Source of the DNA: Candidatus Aminicenantia bacterium
GTDB lineage: Bacteria > Acidobacteriota > Aminicenantia > UBA2199
Assembly: GCA_041738575.1 (NCBI GenBank)
Contig: JBGSPO010000015.1
Span: 1-50,981, forward strand
DNA length: 50,981 bases
Direction of reading: 5' to 3'
In this document: piece after piece, positions 36,048-44,335 of the stretch
Position numbering within the stretch: position 1 is the stretch's first letter
Layout: each line of letters starts with the position of its first letter
The notes under the pieces: model-generated
What the model was told of the DNA's origin: nothing
Databases searched by the model: none
The model's input: only the letters and a program-made list of their open reading frames with translations
Translations under genes and position numbers: made by a program

Positions 36048-37820
36048 CTATATAATAACCTGATATATAGAGTAATGCGGATTTGAATAAATATTTTTCA
36101 GGCAGGCCGGATAATACGCTTGGGGATCATATTTTTCCGGGAAAACCAGGAAATTCGCGCGAATCTTTTTTGAATAGGCAGCCAGTCCATCCAGGAATTG
36201 GATCCTTTTCCTCCTCAATTCTTTCACCATGCTGAGATCACAAAATTGGCTCCACCAGGTCATAAGCTCCCTGTGGTTTGCATAACTCAGCGCGCCCCCG
36301 TCCTTTTGGGTGAAGGCCAGCGGTCGCAAAGAATAATAACGGATGGCCAGGTCATTGGAATCCCAGCCCAAAGAATTGTAAACGACGCGAACGGACGTAT
36401 CCGAGCCCAGGATGCGCGATCCGGGCAGGGTCAAAGATCGGATGGCTTGCAGCATTCCGATCCGATGGCCGAGAATATCTTCATCCAGAGAAGGGCAAAC
36501 CAACCGGCCGGAGGACCCGCAGCGTATCGTCTGTCGAAATGCCGGATTCTCGAAAAACCGGTAACGCCCCATCCAGGCGATCATGACGCTGAAGGCAAGG
36601 GCCATGACTCCGGCGGCGAGCAAAGACCGGAATTTCTCGCGCTGGATCTTCAAAGCGACCTCTCGCAACTCAGACAGCAAATAAAACACAGAGAGCAGCA
36701 GCAGCAGAAATACATACCGCAGGCTCCGGATCAAATCTATTTCCAAGGGCATTCGTTTAAGTGCGGTCGTCAGGGAATGCTCTGCGAGGGGGATCAACGC
36801 CCCGACAATGATCATTCCTGCCCACCAGGCGGCGATCACCCCGGGAATTGAGTTTTTCATATGCCGCCGGCGAACAAACACACCGATCCCGCCCAGAAGG
36901 GCCAGGCTAAACAACCCCAGATTTAGCCCGTGGGATAAGAACGCCCCATTCACGAATTCCTTTAACCCGGCCTGGATATCCAGAGATCCAGGTTTAAAGC
37001 GTTTTTCCATGATAACGCGGATTTTTTCGTACTCGATGCCCTCTGAAACACCAAAATCAGTAGTGGACAAATAATTGATCACGAACGGAGCGATCACGAT
37101 CAAAAGCACGAAGGCGGCTCCGACCCAATGACCTGCTCGCCGCCGGCCGCGGATCTCAGGCGCCAGGAACCAGAGGCTGAGAAAGATCGCCAGTCCCCAG
37201 GCGGGCAAGCTGACTGGATGGACATAGACAAGCAAACCCGTCCCTCCCATCAACCATGGCCAGGATTTCGGGTTTTTGCCCCATGTTAAAACAGAAATCA
37301 AGATAAAAGGCAATAAAGCCTGGAATAAAAATCGGGGGACGACGTCGCGCATGAATCCCCATTCGACTAGAGCGATTTTCACCGGAACCATGGCGGCCAA
37401 AGTGAAAAATAAAGAGAGCGCCCGATTTTTAAAAAGGATCTTGCCCAGCAGATAATATCCCAGCAGATGCAGGAACGCGACCGGGAAAATCAGGAGAGCA
37501 AAAGCGGATCCATAATCACCCAGCGCCCGCCCAAAAAACCTAATATATGGGATGTGAAACGTTTGATAAAACGCGAAATTCGCCGGCTTTTTCAAAAGAG
37601 GATCGCCGGCGAACAACTGGGGATGATCGAGAGCCGCCGCGAAAGAGGCGATATTGGCCGCATCGCTGCCCAGGAACGGATACTCGCCGAAGTGGGTGCC
37701 GATGCGGCCGAGCGCAAAGGCCAGGGCGATGACTATCAGGCCGGCGATGATTAAAAAATCATGGGAACGGCCGGGAGATCGAATTTTCCACATGCTGGCA
37801 TTTTGAGGGAATTTCCCCAT
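36048..37820 (-). CDS. large polytopic membrane protein with a C-terminal soluble domain; possible GT-C-type glycosyltransferase (by context)
   Basis: 590-aa ORF with about 11-12 TM helices, lying immediately downstream of the ArnC-like GT2 in the direction of transcription. No diagnostic motif recognised. Confidence 0.65.
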   Translation of the reverse strand: MGKFPQNASMWKIRSPGRSHDFLIIAGLIVIALAFALGRIGTHFGEYPFLGSDAANIASFAAALDHPQLFAGDPLLKKPANFAFYQTFHIPYIRFFGRALGDYGSAFALLIFPVAFLHLLGYYLLGKILFKNRALSLFFTLAAMVPVKIALVEWGFMRDVVPRFLFQALLPFILISVLTWGKNPKSWPWLMGGTGLLVYVHPVSLPAWGLAIFLSLWFLAPEIRGRRRAGHWVGAAFVLLIVIAPFVINYLSTTDFGVSEGIEYEKIRVIMEKRFKPGSLDIQAGLKEFVNGAFLSHGLNLGLFSLALLGGIGVFVRRRHMKNSIPGVIAAWWAGMIIVGALIPLAEHSLTTALKRMPLEIDLIRSLRYVFLLLLLSVFYLLSELREVALKIQREKFRSLLAAGVMALAFSVMIAWMGRYRFFENPAFRQTIRCGSSGRLVCPSLDEDILGHRIGMLQAIRSLTLPGSRILGSDTSVRVVYNSLGWDSNDLAIRYYSLRPLAFTQKDGGALSYANHRELMTWWSQFCDLSMVKELRRKRIQFLDGLAAYSKKIRANFLVFPEKYDPQAYYPACLKNIYSNPHYSIYQVII

Positions 37821-37946
37821 GATGTCAATCGCAGGCTAATTTTTGGGGTGGAAATTGTAGGAAGTAATTTTAGAATTTTTTTTTTAATTTGAGATTTTTT
37901 AAAAAAAGATTTATTTAGTGCATGAACAACAAGGAGGTTGTTAACA

Positions 37947-38987
37947 ATGAAAAAAATGCTACTGGTATTCACGGCCATGGCCGTAATCGCCCTGAGCATC
38001 CCTGCCTGGGGCGCATCGATCACCGTGACCACGCCCGCCGTCGGCGCCGACTGGTGTGTCGGGACCGGCTACACCATCACCTGGACGAAGTCGGGCACCA
38101 TGCCGGATACGGTAAAAATCCGCCTGCGCCGCTGGGGCGCCCCGGAGTCAGAGGATGCCGTCTGGAACATCCATGACGGCACTCCCAACGACGGGAGTTA
38201 TGGGACCGCTCCGGTCCCCGCTTCTGTGCCTCCGGGCGATTACTACATCCGCGTGCGCACGAACGATCCGGACGTGATCGGCGACAGCGCCAAATTCCAA
38301 ATCGTCAACTGCGTCCCCACCATTACCGTGACATCGCCGAATGCTTCTTCGGATTGGGCGGTCGGCAGCGCCCACAAGATCACGTGGACCCTTTCGGGCA
38401 CCATGCCGGATACGGTAAAAATCCGCCTGCGCCGCTGGGGCGCCCCGGAATCGGAGGATGCTGTCGATAGTATCGCAACCGGCACTGCCAACGACGGGAC
38501 CAGTGATTATTGGACTATCCCCAACTCCGTCCCGACGGGTGACTATTTTGTCAGGGTCAGAACGGATTCCCCGGATGTGATCGGCGACAGCGCAAAATTC
38601 CATATTAAGAGAGTAATGGTTGATCCGGACATTCTGGAAAAATTGAAAAGAAGGCGCTATTGGGAGATCAAGTGGCCTCCGGGACCCGATCCCTGCCGGT
38701 GCCCGGAGTGGAAGATCCCCGAATTCGACGATTTTCGCGAATTCCTCGGCGACAAATTCGGCGGCAGCATCGTGCTGATGAAAAACGGCGCCAAGCTGCA
38801 GGAACTCGTCAGATTCGGCGGGAAAAGGACCCTTCCCGGTTCGGTGAAAGCCAACTTGAGCCGGCAGGATTTTGATTTGCTGAAGAACGGCGGCGCAAAA
38901 TTCTCCATCGCCATCCTTGACAGCAACGGTTCGATCCTGAACGAAAGCGCGTTGGAGCAGAGCGGCCAGGAGCAACTGCTTCGTTAG
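37947..38987 (+). CDS. secreted protein with two tandem Kre9/KNH-like (Ig-like) domains and an unassigned C-terminal domain
   Basis: Signal peptide MKKMLLVFTAMAVIALSIPAWG/A. Two 101-aa repeats follow (ITVT.P....W..G....ITWT.SGTMPDTVKIRLRRWGAPESEDAV...DY..RVRT..PDVIGDSAKF). AAGGAGG RBS. The track start at 37938 is a TTG. Confidence 0.8.
   Translation: MKKMLLVFTAMAVIALSIPAWGASITVTTPAVGADWCVGTGYTITWTKSGTMPDTVKIRLRRWGAPESEDAVWNIHDGTPNDGSYGTAPVPASVPPGDYYIRVRTNDPDVIGDSAKFQIVNCVPTITVTSPNASSDWAVGSAHKITWTLSGTMPDTVKIRLRRWGAPESEDAVDSIATGTANDGTSDYWTIPNSVPTGDYFVRVRTDSPDVIGDSAKFHIKRVMVDPDILEKLKRRRYWEIKWPPGPDPCRCPEWKIPEFDDFREFLGDKFGGSIVLMKNGAKLQELVRFGGKRTLPGSVKANLSRQDFDLLKNGGAKFSIAILDSNGSILNESALEQSGQEQLLR
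38019..38624 (+). repeat. intragenic tandem duplication, 2 x 303 bp
   Basis: Units 38019-38321 and 38322-38624. A 56-nt core is identical between 38091-38146 and 38394-38449, while the flanking parts of the units are much more diverged. Confidence 0.85.
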
Positions 38988-39008
38988 ACAGATTATTCGA
39001 CCATAAAA

Positions 39009-39042
39009 GGGGCCGCCCTCAAGGGGGCGGCCCTTTTTTTTC
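39009..39042 (+). terminator. Rho-independent terminator
   Basis: GGGCCGCCC-loop-GGGCGGCCC followed by T9, about 20 nt after the stop at 38987. Confidence 0.85.
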
Positions 39043-39253
39043 TAAATCTTGCTCCACAGTTCTACTTTTTATCTGTCCCGAACCTGTTCCTGGGCTATTC
39101 CGGACAGCTGCTGGGCAGCCAGGACGTCGACCTGACCCTTTTTGGCCGCACCTTCTTCCTCAAGCTCGGCTACGCCCTGGGGATCTGAGCCGGCGAAACC
39201 AAGCCGCAGTTTTTCCCGTATAGTCTCCCTAGCAAAACTAAGGAGACCGCCCC

Positions 39254-41182
39254 ATGAAAACAAAGACCTTGGCTTTTTTGTCGCTGTGCGCTATCCTGCT
39301 GCTGCCGCCGCTGCTGGCGGGCCAGGAAGATAAAATGGAAAAAAAGGTCCCGGATTACTCCCTGCTGGAACGCCGCCAGGTCCCGCTGGAGCACACCTGG
39401 AAGATCGAGGACCTGTTCGCCTCCGAGGCCGACTGGCAGGCCGAGAAGGAGATCTTGGCCAGGGATGTCGAGCGCATCGACGCCCTGGCCAAGGACTGGA
39501 CCGCCTCCCCGGCGGCCATGCTGGCGCTGTTCGACCTGATCAGCGCCATCGAGCTGAAGGGATCCCGGCTGATGTCCTACGCCAGCCACCAGGCCGACAC
39601 CGACATGGGCAACACGCGCTTCCAGGCCATGCAGGGGGAGATCCGCACCCGCTTCGTGCAGATGAGCTCCAAGCTCTCCTTCATGCAGCCCGACATCCTG
39701 GCCCTGGGCGCGGAAAAGTTCGCCGCCTACCTGAAGGCCGATCCCAGGCTGGCCGTTTACCGCTTCGGCGTGGAAGGCATCCTGCGTGAAAAGGACCACG
39801 TGCTGCCCAACGAGCAGCAGCGCATCGCCTCGCTCACCGGCCTTTTCTCCGGGGTCCCCGGCCGCGCTTCGGGCATGCTCAACAACGTGGAGGCCCCGCG
39901 CACCGAGGTCACCTTCAGCGACGGGAAAAAGGTCCTGCTCGACCAGGCGGCCTACCAGCGCCTGCGCGCCTCCAAGAACGCCGCTGACCGCACCCTGGTC
40001 ATGAAATCCTTCTGGGAGAACCAGAAGAAATACGAGAATACCCTGGCCATCCTGCAGGACGGCGCCGTCAAGCAGCATTTTTTCAATGCCCAGATCCGCA
40101 ACTACACCGACTGCCTGGCCGCGCGCCTGTTCAGCGAGGACATCTCGCCCGAGGTCTACCGGCAGCTGGTCCGCCAGGTCCACGCCTACCTGCCGGCCCT
40201 GCAGCGCTACCTGGCCCTGAAGCAGAAGATGCTCGGCCTGCCCAAGTTCCGCTACGAGGACGTCTATGCCTCGGCGGTGCAGGCCGTGGACAAGACCTTT
40301 ACCTTCGCCGAGGCGCGCCGGGTCATCGAGGCGGCGCTCAAGCCCCTGGGCAAGGACTACGCCGCCGCCCTGCGCCGCGCCTTCGACGACCGCTGGATGG
40401 ACCTCTACCCCAACAAGGGCAAGGAGAGCGGCGCCTACTCGGGCGGTGTCTACGGCGTGCACCCCTACATCAAGCTCAACTACAACGGCGACTACGACGC
40501 CGTGTCCACCACGGCCCACGAGCTCGGGCACGCCATGCACTCCTACTTTTCCGACCAGGCCCAGCCCTTCCCCACCTCCAACTACACGACGTTCCTGGCC
40601 GAGATCGCCTCGACCTTCAACGAGCACATGCTGATGCACCATCTGCTGAAGAACGAGAAGGACGACCTCTTCAAGCTCTATATCCTGGACAACTACCTTG
40701 ACGGCTTCCGCGGCACCCTCTTCCGCCAGACCTTGTTCGCCGAGTTCGAGCTGGCCATGCACAACCGCGTGGAAGCGGGACAGACGCTGACCGCCGATTG
40801 GCTCAACGGCAAGTACCTGGAGCTGACCCGCCAGTATTACGGCCACGACCGCGGCGTCTGCCAGGTCGACGACTACATCCAGAGCGAGTGGAGCGGCATC
40901 CCCCACTTCTACATGAACTACTATGTGTTCCAATACAGCACCGGCATCATCGCCTCGCTGGCCCTCAGCGACCGCGTGGCCAAGGGCGACCCGCAGGCGC
41001 AGGCCGGCTACCTCGAGGTTTTGAAGGCGGGCGGCAGCGACTACCCGCTGGCCATCCTGAAAAAAGCCGGCGTGGACATGGCCGGTCCCGAGCCCTATGT
41101 CGCGGCCCTGAAGCGCTTCGACGGGCTGGTCGGCGAGATGGAGAAGATCGTCGCCCGGCTGCAGAAGCAGAAGAGATTCTGA
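39254..41182 (+). CDS. pepF: secreted M3B-family oligoendopeptidase F
   Basis: 642 aa. HELGHAMH zinc motif with PepF-type context (TTAHELGHAMHSYFS...LAEIASTFNE). Signal peptide. AAGGAG RBS. Confidence 0.9.
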   Translation: MKTKTLAFLSLCAILLLPPLLAGQEDKMEKKVPDYSLLERRQVPLEHTWKIEDLFASEADWQAEKEILARDVERIDALAKDWTASPAAMLALFDLISAIELKGSRLMSYASHQADTDMGNTRFQAMQGEIRTRFVQMSSKLSFMQPDILALGAEKFAAYLKADPRLAVYRFGVEGILREKDHVLPNEQQRIASLTGLFSGVPGRASGMLNNVEAPRTEVTFSDGKKVLLDQAAYQRLRASKNAADRTLVMKSFWENQKKYENTLAILQDGAVKQHFFNAQIRNYTDCLAARLFSEDISPEVYRQLVRQVHAYLPALQRYLALKQKMLGLPKFRYEDVYASAVQAVDKTFTFAEARRVIEAALKPLGKDYAAALRRAFDDRWMDLYPNKGKESGAYSGGVYGVHPYIKLNYNGDYDAVSTTAHELGHAMHSYFSDQAQPFPTSNYTTFLAEIASTFNEHMLMHHLLKNEKDDLFKLYILDNYLDGFRGTLFRQTLFAEFELAMHNRVEAGQTLTADWLNGKYLELTRQYYGHDRGVCQVDDYIQSEWSGIPHFYMNYYVFQYSTGIIASLALSDRVAKGDPQAQAGYLEVLKAGGSDYPLAILKKAGVDMAGPEPYVAALKRFDGLVGEMEKIVARLQKQKRF

Positions 41183-41196
41183 CCCCTCCACCCTTA

Positions 41197-41232
41197 GGCG
41201 GCGGGGAGGAGCGCAAGCGAATCCCCGCCGCC
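41197..41232 (+). terminator. GC-rich hairpin downstream of pepF (weak U-tract)
   Basis: ggcggcgggga (41197-41207) pairs perfectly with tccccgccgcc (41222-41232), with a 14-nt loop. Confidence 0.45.
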
Positions 41233-41428
41233 ATCTTCACACGCTCAGCGCCGAAAACCGTCCAGCGGGGTTGTCCCGCGGAACGACCATCCATTCCCGG
41301 TTATTCAAGAATGTTTGAGAAGGGCCGTGTACGCCGCTTTCTGAAAAGATCGGGCCGCGGGACACATCCCCGCCGCTTTCTTCAGGATAGCGTTCGGCCC
41401 TGGCCGGGGTGTCAGGGCCGGCGCGGGA

Positions 41429-44182
41429 TCACTTGACCTGGAGGTTCTTGAACAGGGTGATCAGCTGGGCGCGGTTCTTGACGCCGATCTTCTGGAAAAT
41501 GCTGTAGACATGGTTCTTTACCGTGCCCATGGAGATGAACAGCGCGTCCTCGATCTCCTTGTTGCTCTTGCCCTTGAGCAGCAGGAGGAGGATCTCCCGC
41601 TCGCGCGGGGAGACCTCGTGTTTCTCGCAGAATTTGTCCATGGCCGCCAGGGTGCGGACGCGCGCCGCCATGCGCCGGGTGCGGCTGCGCCGCCAGATCA
41701 AGAAGAGCCCGAGCAGCAGCAGGAACGCCGGCACGCGGAACCACCAGCTCTGCCACCAGGGCGCCCGCATGGTGATGGCCAATGACGCTCCCTGCTCGTT
41801 CCAGACGCCATGGTTGTTCGAGCCCCTGACCCGGAACACATACGACCCCGGCCGCAGGTTGCTGACCGTGACCTCGTGGCGGCCGCCGATCTGGACCCAG
41901 TCGTCGTTCAGCCCCTCGATCTTGTAGGCATAGCGGTTGCGCTTGGGATCAGAGAACGAGAGAGCGGCGAAGCTGAACGAAACGATCCGGTCCTGGGGCC
42001 CGAGGACCAGCCTCTGCACGCGGCCGATGTCCCCGGAGAGCTTCCGGCCGCTGTTGAAGACCTCCACCCCGGTGAGGACCACGGGCGGCCGGTGGGGATT
42101 GCCCTGGATGTTCTCGGGGAAAAAGTGAGTCAGGCCGTTGGTGCCGCCGAAGAACATCTCGCCGTCCCCGGCCTTGTAGAAGGACATGGGCATGAACTCG
42201 TCCCCCTGCAGGCCGTCGCGGGTGGTGTAGTTCCTGGCGCTTTTCGCCAGGGGGTCGAAGCGGCACAGCCCGCGGTTGGTGCTCAGCCACAAGTGGCCCT
42301 GCCGGTCCTCCAGCATGCCCTGGATGTCGTTGTTGGCCAGGCCATCCTCGGTGCTGAAGACCGTGAAGCGGCCGCTGGCCCGGTCCAGGAGATTCAAGCC
42401 GCCGCTGTTCGTGCCGACCCAGAACCGTCCCAGGGAATCCTCGAGCAGGCAGTGGACCCCGTCGCTTCCCAGGCTGCCGCCGTCGCCCTCGCGATGGCGG
42501 TAGTTGCGGTCGAATACTCCCCGCTCGCCGTCAAAGCGGTTCAGTCCTCCGCCCTGCGTCCCGACCCACAGGAATCCCTGCCGGTCCTGGTAAATTGCGC
42601 TCACCTTGCTCCGGTTGCCGGCGGCGCCAGGCTGCGGCGCGGGACGGAAGACGGTGAACGTCCCGCGCGCGCGGTCGAGCTGGTTAAGCCCGTCCTGCGT
42701 GCCCACCCATAGCCGCCCCGAGCGGTCCTCGAAGAGCACGGCGACCTGGTCATGGCTCAAGCTCCCCGGGGCCGGGCCATGGGCGAAGTGGCCACGGAAG
42801 GCGTTGCCCTCCAGGTCATAGGCGTACAGGCCCCTGCTGGTCCCGACCCACAGGACCCGGTCGCGTCCGGGCAGCAAGGCCGAGACGGCCAGGCTCCTTT
42901 CGTCCTGGGGATTGCCAGGGAAGGGCACCCGCCTGACCCTTTGGTCCGGGCTGCCACTGACCCGGAACAGCCCGTGCTTGTACGTCCCGATCCACAGGTC
43001 GCCGCCGGCATCGCGGCACGTGGCCAGGACGGAAAAGGTTCCCGAGCCCCTTTCCCGGTTCTCGATCTCCGCACCATGCATGGAGAATTGCCGGGTGCGC
43101 AGGTCATACTTGAAGACACCGCCCAGGGTGCCGGCCCAGATGACGTCCTCCCGGTCATGGAAGACGGAGATGACAAAGCGGTTCATCAGCAGGCGCTGAG
43201 GAACGGCGCCGGCGCGAAAATAAATGGCCAGCAGGTCCCGGCGCGGGAAGAGGTACAATCCCGACTCGGTGGCGACCCAAACCCGGCCCCGGGTGTCGGG
43301 AACGATGGCGAAAATGCGGCTGCGGTACAAATGCGGGAGCACCGTGACGGACTCCATGAGGCAGCGGAAGGTCCCGGCCTGCTTGTCGAAGCGCACCAGC
43401 CCCCCCTCGGTGCCCAGCCAAAGCGTTCCCCGGTCATCCTCGAATATGGCGTTAACCTGGTTGTGCAGCCGGGCGTTGCGGTCGCCGCGGTCAGCGGCGA
43501 AGCGCTCCAGGGTCTGCCGGGAACCGTCGAAGCGGTACAGACCGTCTCCAGATCCAGCCCAGATCGTGCCCCCCGGGTCGCGGTACAGGCTGTAAATGGC
43601 ATTGCCCGCGCTCAACCCCGAGGACTCCCGCGCCCAAAGATAACGGGTGAACCTGCCGCTACGGGTATCGAAACGGTTCAGCCCGTTGTCCGTTCCGATC
43701 CACAATATCCCGTCCCCTGCCGGCAGCAGGGCGCGGAGCGAGTCATCGCTCAGGCTGCCGCCGTCACCGGGGACGGAGCGGTAGCGGCTGAACGTCCCGC
43801 CCAGCGGATCGAAATGGTTGAGGCCGCCGCCCGTGGTGCCGATCCAGAACGTGCCGTCCTCGTCCCGGGCCATGCAGTTGACCTGGTCATGGCTCAGGCA
43901 GCCCGGGCGGTTGCACTGGTTGTAGACGATGAAATCGTTGCCGTCATAGCGGTTCAATCCGCCCGCGGTGCCGAACCAGATGAAGCCGCGCCGGTCCGCG
44001 AGGATGCTGGTGACGGCGTTCTGGGACAGGCCATCCTCGATGGAGATGTTGACGAGACCGGGCTCGTCGGCAAAAACGGGCAGGGACAGCCAGGCGCAAG
44101 CCAGCAGCAGGGCCTTCCAGGCGGGGCGGCGGCGGTTCACAGCGGCATTTTTCACGTGCATTCGCTCCTTGCGGATTTCCAT
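41429..44182 (-). CDS. one-component transmembrane regulator: signal peptide, two beta-propeller (Reg_prop) sensor domains, Y_Y_Y domain, TM helix, LuxR-type HTH
   Basis: 917 aa with repeated ...G.LW.GT..GL..F/Y... propeller blades and a YAYKIEGLNDDWV / YVFRVRG YYY region. TM helix WWFRVPAFLLLLGLFLIW. C-terminal REREILLLLLKGKSNKEIEDALFISMGTVKNHVYSIFQKIGVKNRAQL. Confidence 0.88.
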   Translation of the reverse strand: MEIRKERMHVKNAAVNRRRPAWKALLLACAWLSLPVFADEPGLVNISIEDGLSQNAVTSILADRRGFIWFGTAGGLNRYDGNDFIVYNQCNRPGCLSHDQVNCMARDEDGTFWIGTTGGGLNHFDPLGGTFSRYRSVPGDGGSLSDDSLRALLPAGDGILWIGTDNGLNRFDTRSGRFTRYLWARESSGLSAGNAIYSLYRDPGGTIWAGSGDGLYRFDGSRQTLERFAADRGDRNARLHNQVNAIFEDDRGTLWLGTEGGLVRFDKQAGTFRCLMESVTVLPHLYRSRIFAIVPDTRGRVWVATESGLYLFPRRDLLAIYFRAGAVPQRLLMNRFVISVFHDREDVIWAGTLGGVFKYDLRTRQFSMHGAEIENRERGSGTFSVLATCRDAGGDLWIGTYKHGLFRVSGSPDQRVRRVPFPGNPQDERSLAVSALLPGRDRVLWVGTSRGLYAYDLEGNAFRGHFAHGPAPGSLSHDQVAVLFEDRSGRLWVGTQDGLNQLDRARGTFTVFRPAPQPGAAGNRSKVSAIYQDRQGFLWVGTQGGGLNRFDGERGVFDRNYRHREGDGGSLGSDGVHCLLEDSLGRFWVGTNSGGLNLLDRASGRFTVFSTEDGLANNDIQGMLEDRQGHLWLSTNRGLCRFDPLAKSARNYTTRDGLQGDEFMPMSFYKAGDGEMFFGGTNGLTHFFPENIQGNPHRPPVVLTGVEVFNSGRKLSGDIGRVQRLVLGPQDRIVSFSFAALSFSDPKRNRYAYKIEGLNDDWVQIGGRHEVTVSNLRPGSYVFRVRGSNNHGVWNEQGASLAITMRAPWWQSWWFRVPAFLLLLGLFLIWRRSRTRRMAARVRTLAAMDKFCEKHEVSPREREILLLLLKGKSNKEIEDALFISMGTVKNHVYSIFQKIGVKNRAQLITLFKNLQVK

Positions 44183-44335
44183 CCGGGATTATGTGCCATT
44201 TGGAGAAAAAAATAAACCGCGCCCGTAGGACTTTGGTAACCAAGGCGCGAATATGACTTTTGTGCCATTTGCGGCGCTGGACTTTCACGCCATAATTGTA
44301 CCGGGCCACGGGTGCGTGGCCGCCAAGGAGAACAC

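Noticed and set aside
39170-41191. 673-aa ORF on the minus strand covering the whole pepF region. Similar long antisense or alternative-frame ORFs occur at 3175-4086, 4343-5698, 5686-7053, 41810-42712, 42752-44215, 45455-46762 and 47819-48580.
   Set aside because: These are typical high-GC shadow ORFs. The translations are low-complexity (rich in G/A/L/V/R/Q) with no motifs, while the opposite strand encodes proteins with clear catalytic motifs, signal peptides and RBSs.
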